DNA of 60,731 nucleotides from a virus (lineage: Duplodnaviria > Caudoviricetes): positions 1 through 60,731 of IMG/VR virus record IMGVR_UViG_3300030061_001772, one strand, 5' to 3'. A model generated the notes under the pieces. The model did no database searches. It had not been told where the DNA came from and was given only the letters and a program-made list of their open reading frames with translations. The translations under genes were made by a program, and so were the position numbers. Shown one piece after another: positions 56,161 through 60,731 of the stretch. Every line of letters starts with the position of its first letter. Within the stretch, counting starts at the first letter, position 1.

Positions 56161-56255
56161 AATTATAATATTTTTATTTGTACAATTGTTTTTATAGCTA
56201 TAATCAGTATATTACACAATATCACTATATTTTACATAACTAAATAAAACAAAAG

Positions 56256-56302
56256 TGTGACACTAGCTAGTTACTATTTATACTTAACAACCTAATGTCA
56301 CA
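56256..56302. repeat. 47-bp element with inverted arms, copy 1
   Basis: TGTGACACTAG...CTAATGTCACA; aligns without gaps to 56984-57030. Confidence 0.85.
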
Positions 56303-56482
56303 GTTATAAGATATATAGAAGTAAAGTGTTGCTCTACAAAATTTAATTTTAAAGTTTCAAACAAAATCAAAAAAATATTTTATGGGTCCCCCTTGTTTTA
56401 AAAAAATGTTTTAACGATTTTTACGTTTTCAAAATAATATTTCACCCCATGTTTTATGTTTTTTTCTAGACTACTATAATAC

Positions 56483-56514
56483 TACAATCTAAATACGTAG
56501 CCCTTAAGATAATA
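56483..56514 (+). promoter_or_regulatory. Putative early promoter, copy 1
   Basis: TACAATC-TAAATACG-N10-GATAATA. Confidence 0.75.
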
Positions 56515-56546
56515 TATATATAATAACTTAAATAAATAAATTAAAT

Positions 56547-56660
56547 ATGAAAATTCTAAATCTAATCTCTCTACTCTTTATCACTACAATCGTATCATTA
56601 ATAACTTATAACATAATAACATATGGTGTAATTCAATACATATCATTCAATGGCATTTAA
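56547..56660 (+). CDS. Small hydrophobic early peptide (37 aa)
   Basis: MKILNLISLLFITTIVSLITYNIITYGVIQYISFNGI between promoter copies 1 and 2. Confidence 0.5.
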   Translation: MKILNLISLLFITTIVSLITYNIITYGVIQYISFNGI

Positions 56661-56663
56661 TAT

Positions 56664-56695
56664 TACAATGTAAATACGTACCAATTAAGATAATA
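56664..56695 (+). promoter_or_regulatory. Putative early promoter, copy 2
   Basis: TACAATG-TAAATACG-N10-GATAATA. Confidence 0.75.
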
Positions 56696-56740
56696 TAATA
56701 AACAAATTAATAACTAATATAAATAAATAAATAAATAACT

Positions 56741-56977
56741 ATGAAAAATAACAATTTAACTACAAAAAGATTCGTAATAAGAAAGTCACTAATCGGCGAG
56801 AATGCAATAATAACTTTCACTAATAATAAAGATATAACTTTCACTTATGACCATGATGAGATTTACTCAACATTTCAAGAAAAGTTTGAAAGTATGAAGT
56901 GTTTCCAAGAATACAAGTCATATACTAATAGTAATACTGTACCAGCATTTGCTAGAAACTTAGCAGAAATAGTATAA
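56741..56977 (+). CDS. Early hypothetical protein
   Basis: 78-aa ORF with A-rich leader. Confidence 0.75.
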   Translation: MKNNNLTTKRFVIRKSLIGENAIITFTNNKDITFTYDHDEIYSTFQEKFESMKCFQEYKSYTNSNTVPAFARNLAEIV

Positions 56978-56983
56978 GTAAAC

Positions 56984-57030
56984 TATGACAATAGCCAGTT
57001 ACTCTTATATATTAACATACTAATGTCACA
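56984..57030. repeat. 47-bp element with inverted arms, copy 2
   Basis: TATGACAATAG...CTAATGTCACA. Confidence 0.85.
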
Positions 57031-57123
57031 CTATTATAATACTTACTTAATGTAAGTTACTCAGAGAGTAAGTGTTATACTTCTAACTAAATAATAACTA
57101 ATAAATAAATATACACCTTCAAT

Positions 57124-57231
57124 ATGAAAAAATTTAATACTAAAAAAGATAATGAAACAGCTAATGAAGCAATGTTAGCAATGATAATAATAACATGTGT
57201 AATAATAATAGTAAACTATGTTACAATGTAA
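57124..57231 (+). CDS. Small early peptide (35 aa)
   Basis: MKKFNTKKDNETANEAMLAMIIITCVIIIVNYVTM; the stop lies within promoter copy 3. Confidence 0.45.
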   Translation: MKKFNTKKDNETANEAMLAMIIITCVIIIVNYVTM

Positions 57232-57253
57232 ATACGAGAAGTAAAAGATAATA
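57222..57253 (+). promoter_or_regulatory. Putative early promoter, copy 3
   Basis: TACAATG-TAAATACG-N10-GATAATA. Confidence 0.75.
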
Positions 57254-57351
57254 TAATAAACAACAACAACAAAAGTCTTAGTTGATGGTAATACTTTAGA
57301 GACTATAAATATAATGAATATATTACTCAGCACAAACTAATAAATAATAAT

Positions 57352-57516
57352 ATGAAAACTATAACTATAAAAATAGATGAAGATAATGACATTTATGAAA
57401 TGAGTGTTGATAATAAAGTATATACTATTGATAATGTATATGAAAGTAAATACTCTTACTTATTTGATGAACTAAATATGGCAATAGAAGCTAAACTAAA
57501 TAACTACTATAAATAA
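57352..57516 (+). CDS. Early hypothetical protein (54 aa)
   Basis: MKTITIKIDEDNDIYEMSVDNK... open frame with A-rich leader. Confidence 0.6.
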   Translation: MKTITIKIDEDNDIYEMSVDNKVYTIDNVYESKYSYLFDELNMAIEAKLNNYYK

Positions 57517-57543
57517 ATTAATAACTAATAAAAATAAATAACT

Positions 57544-57741
57544 ATGTATAATCCTAATAATCCTTCAAACTGGTCTTGGTCAAAAGCATTTGACAATATG
57601 GAAAAGACTATAAATAAAGCTGAACTAGAACAGCAAATAATAAATCATCAACATAACTATGATGGTGGTATAAAGAAATTTACTGAACTAAGTAAAGATA
57701 AACAAAATGATCACTATGAAATATTAACTCAAATACTATAA
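57544..57741 (+). CDS. Early hypothetical protein
   Basis: 65-aa ORF. Confidence 0.7.
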   Translation: MYNPNNPSNWSWSKAFDNMEKTINKAELEQQIINHQHNYDGGIKKFTELSKDKQNDHYEILTQIL

Positions 57742-57744
57742 ACT

Positions 57745-57906
57745 ATGAATGACACTTATGAATTCGAAATATACTATGGTGAAATAGAAGAACCATTATA
57801 TTTAACTAACGACAAAGAATATATATGTGAGTCAATGTATAACTTCATGCAAGACGAACTAGGAATAATTATGAACGAAGTAATATATAAAGTAGAAAAA
57901 ATATGA
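57745..57906 (+). CDS. Early acidic hypothetical protein (53 aa)
   Basis: MNDTYEFEIYYGEIEE...; ATGA overlap with the next gene. Confidence 0.6.
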   Translation: MNDTYEFEIYYGEIEEPLYLTNDKEYICESMYNFMQDELGIIMNEVIYKVEKI

Positions 57907-58139
57907 AAAAACTAATAATAGGTATCGGAGCATTGGGAGTAATGTCTTTCACAACAAATCAATTATACTTTGGAACTCAATTAGTTCACGCTATGGATAA
58001 CATACAAGACATGAAAACTTGGATTGGTGAAGACGTAAATAGTGGTAGAATGACTGAGGAAATAGCTGAATACTACTACGAAAATCTTGACGAAACTTAT
58101 GGTTTTATAAGTGACTTTCATGAAAAGCAATGTAAATAA
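57903..58139 (+). CDS. Early exported protein
   Basis: Signal peptide MKKLIIGIGALGVMSFT. Confidence 0.7.
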   Translation: MKKLIIGIGALGVMSFTTNQLYFGTQLVHAMDNIQDMKTWIGEDVNSGRMTEEIAEYYYENLDETYGFISDFHEKQCK

Positions 58140-58171
58140 TACAAACTAAATACGATCACTAATAGATAATA
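58140..58171 (+). promoter_or_regulatory. Putative early promoter, copy 4
   Basis: TACAAAC-TAAATACG-N10-GATAATA. Confidence 0.75.
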
Positions 58172-58178
58172 ATAATAA

Positions 58179-58442
58179 ATGATAAATACAAAATACATAT
58201 CAACTAAATATCTCGACGCCATCATTCTCGATGACGACTATATCAAACTAGTCATCAACAAGGTACAGAAATCTCCGTACGGTTGGACTAAACGAGATTT
58301 ATTATCTTCACCATTCGGTGTAAAAACAAAAGCATTCACTTACGACTTTGTAAGTAATAAGGTAGACGAGGTGTATTCTACCTTTCCAAACGAAGAAATA
58401 CACGAGTTAATAACCAAAGTAAAACAATATAAAAATGGTTAA
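58179..58442 (+). CDS. Early hypothetical protein
   Basis: 87-aa ORF directly after promoter copy 4. Confidence 0.7.
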   Translation: MINTKYISTKYLDAIILDDDYIKLVINKVQKSPYGWTKRDLLSSPFGVKTKAFTYDFVSNKVDEVYSTFPNEEIHELITKVKQYKNG

Positions 58443-59253
58443 ACAAGCAATAATTAAATTCTGTTATAAAGCCGTTGAGCAAAAGATGCTAAAAATATAT
58501 GCTATCACAATGTCTATAATCTTTTTTTCACTATGGATACCTGCAATGGTAAATGTAGTATATCAAATGCTTAAACTATACGGAATAATATGAATAAACT
58601 AACAAAACAACTAGAAAACCTGTACTCTTGGACACAATTCTATCAGCAAACTGGTAATAAAGTACAAATAAGAAAGTGTCAAACTGAAATCGCTCAGTTG
58701 AAAAAAGCGTATAACGAACTAAAGAGTAAAAAGAAATGAAGTGTCCATGGGAAGTAGCTTACCAACTACACAAAGATAGGTACACTAAAGAAGAAATAGA
58801 TGACATGCTATTTATGGAAATACAAGAATTAATATACGATTATGACTGAAATACAAAAAATAGAGGCGATAACAAAAGATATCTTAGCCGGATACTACGG
58901 TACTACACAGAAATGTGGTACAGAAACTCAAAAATGGCAATACGCTCACAACCAAGCAAGGAAAATCTTTGAAGGTGAACTAATAATTGACTCTAATTAT
59001 ACTGCCAATGTTTGATATAACTGAACAAGATTGTGAAACTATCACTAAATTAAGATGGTTACAAGTAAAAGAATTAGCAATAAAATACTCCAATGACCAA
59101 GAATTTGGTGCAGAAGTAAGAAAATTAATTAATAAATGAATTATGGAATTTAAAAACTTAGTAGCAAACGATGAGTTTGGTATGGATTATGACCAACTAG
59201 GTCACAACGAACAAGAATGGGTGATTGACTATATTGATATTTGTTTATCATGA
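58435..59253 (+). other. Cluster of six tightly packed tiny early ORFs (58435-58593, 58590-58739, 58736-58849, 58842-59015, 59008-59139, 59143-59253)
   Basis: Each read by hand as an open frame of 36-57 aa, with overlapping or abutting start and stop codons. Confidence 0.6.
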
Positions 59254-59495
59254 GAAAACTATTATTAATACCATTATTACTTAGTAGCTGTAATACATTA
59301 GAAACAGTTTACGTCCCTAATAATTTAAATAAAATAAAAAAGAATTTAGATTTAATGGAAAAGTATGTTGAATACGACTTAAAAAATGGATTAATGGATT
59401 CTACTTCTGCTTTTGATTACTTACTTATAATAAATAATACTAGACAAGGAGTTATAAAAATGAATTACAAACTAAATACGAACACTAAAAGATAA
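59250..59495 (+). CDS. Early lipoprotein
   Basis: MRKLLLIPLLLSSC lipobox. Confidence 0.7.
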   Translation: MRKLLLIPLLLSSCNTLETVYVPNNLNKIKKNLDLMEKYVEYDLKNGLMDSTSAFDYLLIINNTRQGVIKMNYKLNTNTKR

Positions 59496-59497
59496 TA
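59466..59497 (+). promoter_or_regulatory. Putative early promoter, copy 5
   Basis: TACAAAC-TAAATACG-N10-GATAATA. Confidence 0.75.
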
Positions 59498-59502
59498 TAT
59501 AT

Positions 59503-59646
59503 ATGAAAACAATTAAATTTTATCCTAGCAACAGATCACTGATTAAGCTAGACGGCAAGAAAGTAAAAGGCTATACTATAGATAGCATACCAGATGAGTG
59601 TAACTCATGGTTTAATTACAAAGGTTTAACTTTTGTAGTAAATTAA
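59503..59646 (+). CDS. Early hypothetical protein (47 aa), possibly leaderless
   Basis: MKTIKFYPSNRSLIKLDGKKVKGY...FVVN. Confidence 0.65.
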   Translation: MKTIKFYPSNRSLIKLDGKKVKGYTIDSIPDECNSWFNYKGLTFVVN

Positions 59647-59650
59647 AACA

Positions 59651-59862
59651 AATTAAGAAGTGACCGGCTTAAATGCAAACCACTAATAGAGTCTGGACGG
59701 CGAAACTACTCTTACACTTCTTTAATTAAACCACGACTCCAACCACCGCTTCGTAGGCGCGTAACGGAGAACAACAGTGGGGCTAAGTGACGGCTTAGCT
59801 TGGACAGCGAGGTCAGGTGTTGACTGTTCTAGACATGAGAGGTTCGAATCCTCTCTCTCGCT
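59651..59862 (+). ncRNA. Candidate structured ncRNA(s) ending in a tRNA-like acceptor/T-arm element
   Basis: Locally GC-richer intergenic stretch with several stems, GAGAGG-TTCGAAT-CCTCTC T-arm and AGCGAGG/TCTCGCT acceptor-like stem. Confidence 0.55.
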
Positions 59863-59864
59863 CT

Positions 59865-59990
59865 ATGAAAACAATTAAAGTAACAATGAAGGAAATATAC
59901 GATGCTATGAAGCCTTCAGTAGAAAAGAATAAAAAGAAATATACACGTAAAAAAAAGCATAAAAATGGCAAAGGAGAGAACAATGAATGA
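59865..59990 (+). CDS. Small basic ArfA-like peptide (41 aa)
   Basis: ...KPSVEKNKKKYTRKKKHK resembles the ArfA core RVEKNKKGKGSYxRKxKH. Confidence 0.5.
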   Translation: MKTIKVTMKEIYDAMKPSVEKNKKKYTRKKKHKNGKGENNE

Positions 59991-60333
59991 AATAAGACAA
60001 ACTAAAGAGTACTACACAGGTAATACTCATGAAGAATGGGCTAATAAAGCAAATAATTCAGAAGAAATGGGAAAAAATAGAGAAAATATGAAAGAATGTC
60101 CACTTGATCCTGTAGAAGAAGCTAAAATACTAATAGTAAATAAAATAACTAAACACTTTCATGATATAATGTTTGAAATGGTTAACGAAGAAATGGGTAA
60201 AAACTATGTGTTTCAAAGCCAAAACTACTTAACTGAAGCAGGTTATGAGCAGTTTGAAGATGAATGGTTTGAATTCTATCACAATCATCACGGTGATATT
60301 ATTTATGAAGTAATGAATAATATTACAAACTAA
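59965..60333 (+). CDS. Early hypothetical protein
   Basis: 122-aa acidic ORF; the stop is the TAA of promoter copy 6. Confidence 0.7.
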   Translation: MAKERTMNEIRQTKEYYTGNTHEEWANKANNSEEMGKNRENMKECPLDPVEEAKILIVNKITKHFHDIMFEMVNEEMGKNYVFQSQNYLTEAGYEQFEDEWFEFYHNHHGDIIYEVMNNITN

Positions 60334-60355
60334 ATACGACAACTATTGGATAATA
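60324..60355 (+). promoter_or_regulatory. Putative early promoter, copy 6
   Basis: TACAAAC-TAAATACG-N10-GATAATA. Confidence 0.75.
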
Positions 60356-60360
60356 TATAT

Positions 60361-60731
60361 ATGAAATGCACGCACAATATACCAAAACAAAGATTAGCAC
60401 TCGGCTACACGACTTGCGTCGAGTGCTCGACCGAAGAAAAACTCGGTTGTATCGATACTATAAACCACAAAACTGGCAATACTATTCAAGTAATGTCACG
60501 TAGTGATGCAGATCAAGCATCAAAACTAACAAAACGTGCCGGTTTCGGCACACTCAGAGCCATCACTAAAGGCTCAAGTCAACGTAAAACTAAATATCAG
60601 TACGATGGATGCTCAACCTCTTATGTAGGTAATGACAATTTGTTCGAGCACATAGGTAAAACTTACATCGACTACTTAGATGTTGACAAAGATATTGCAG
60701 AGCGTTATTTAACTCGCTCGCTTAACAACTT
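60361..60731 (+). CDS. DksA/TraR-like zinc-finger protein, 3' truncated by window edge
   Basis: MKCTHNIPKQRLALGYTTCVECS; frame is open to the window end. Confidence 0.6.
   Translation, partial: MKCTHNIPKQRLALGYTTCVECSTEEKLGCIDTINHKTGNTIQVMSRSDADQASKLTKRAGFGTLRAITKGSSQRKTKYQYDGCSTSYVGNDNLFEHIGKTYIDYLDVDKDIAERYLTRSLNN

Noticed and set aside
9324-56197. Many short + strand ORFs antisense to structural genes (e.g. 12552-12950, 20657-21049, 32504-32884)
   Set aside because: They are fully nested opposite long coherent genes, with Phe/Ser/Leu-rich shadow composition.
56483-56514. Host sigma28 (FliA) promoter, given TAAA...GATAA
   Set aside because: The GCC of GCCGATAA is absent and the TAAA-to-GATAA distance is 14 nt rather than about 18.
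59685-59715. Hammerhead ribozyme (CTGGACGGCGAAAC)
   Set aside because: Lacks the CUGANGA core and the three-stem arrangement.
59806-59862. Canonical tRNA gene
   Set aside because: Only 57 nt, with no room for both D and anticodon arms and no clear anticodon; kept as tRNA-like only.
56483-60355. Six-copy motif as a CRISPR array
   Set aside because: Spacing is irregular (about 180-1330 bp), ORFs lie between copies, the centre is variable and there are no cas genes.

Overview
A ~61 kb AT-rich segment of a lytic dsDNA tailed phage (podovirus-like). The host is probably Bacteroidota/Flavobacteriia, inferred from A/T-rich leaders without Shine-Dalgarno sites, lipoprotein signals and a Bacteroidota-style TonB. 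There are three blocks. (1) A + strand replication and nucleotide block (1-7740): primase-helicase, a thymidylate-synthase-family enzyme with the dCMP-specific signature, MazG-like pyrophosphatases, an endonuclease, TonB and a class II RNR. (2) A long - strand late block (7797-56160): a 3588-aa internal virion protein, tail, ring, capsid, portal and terminase genes, lysis genes, GroEL/GroES and fibres. (3) A + strand early block (56480-end) of tiny ORFs. The top hypothesis is a virion-delivered transcription take-over system. The giant virion protein carries, in order, an HExxH metalloprotease motif, an apparently complete sigma70-family module (region 2, SLD, region 4 HTH) and a HAD phosphatase. 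The early region has six copies of a strictly spaced non-host promoter motif, TACAAnnTAAATACG-N10-GATAAT, two of which would place +1 exactly on an ATG. All calls come from motif reading by eye; no database searches were run.
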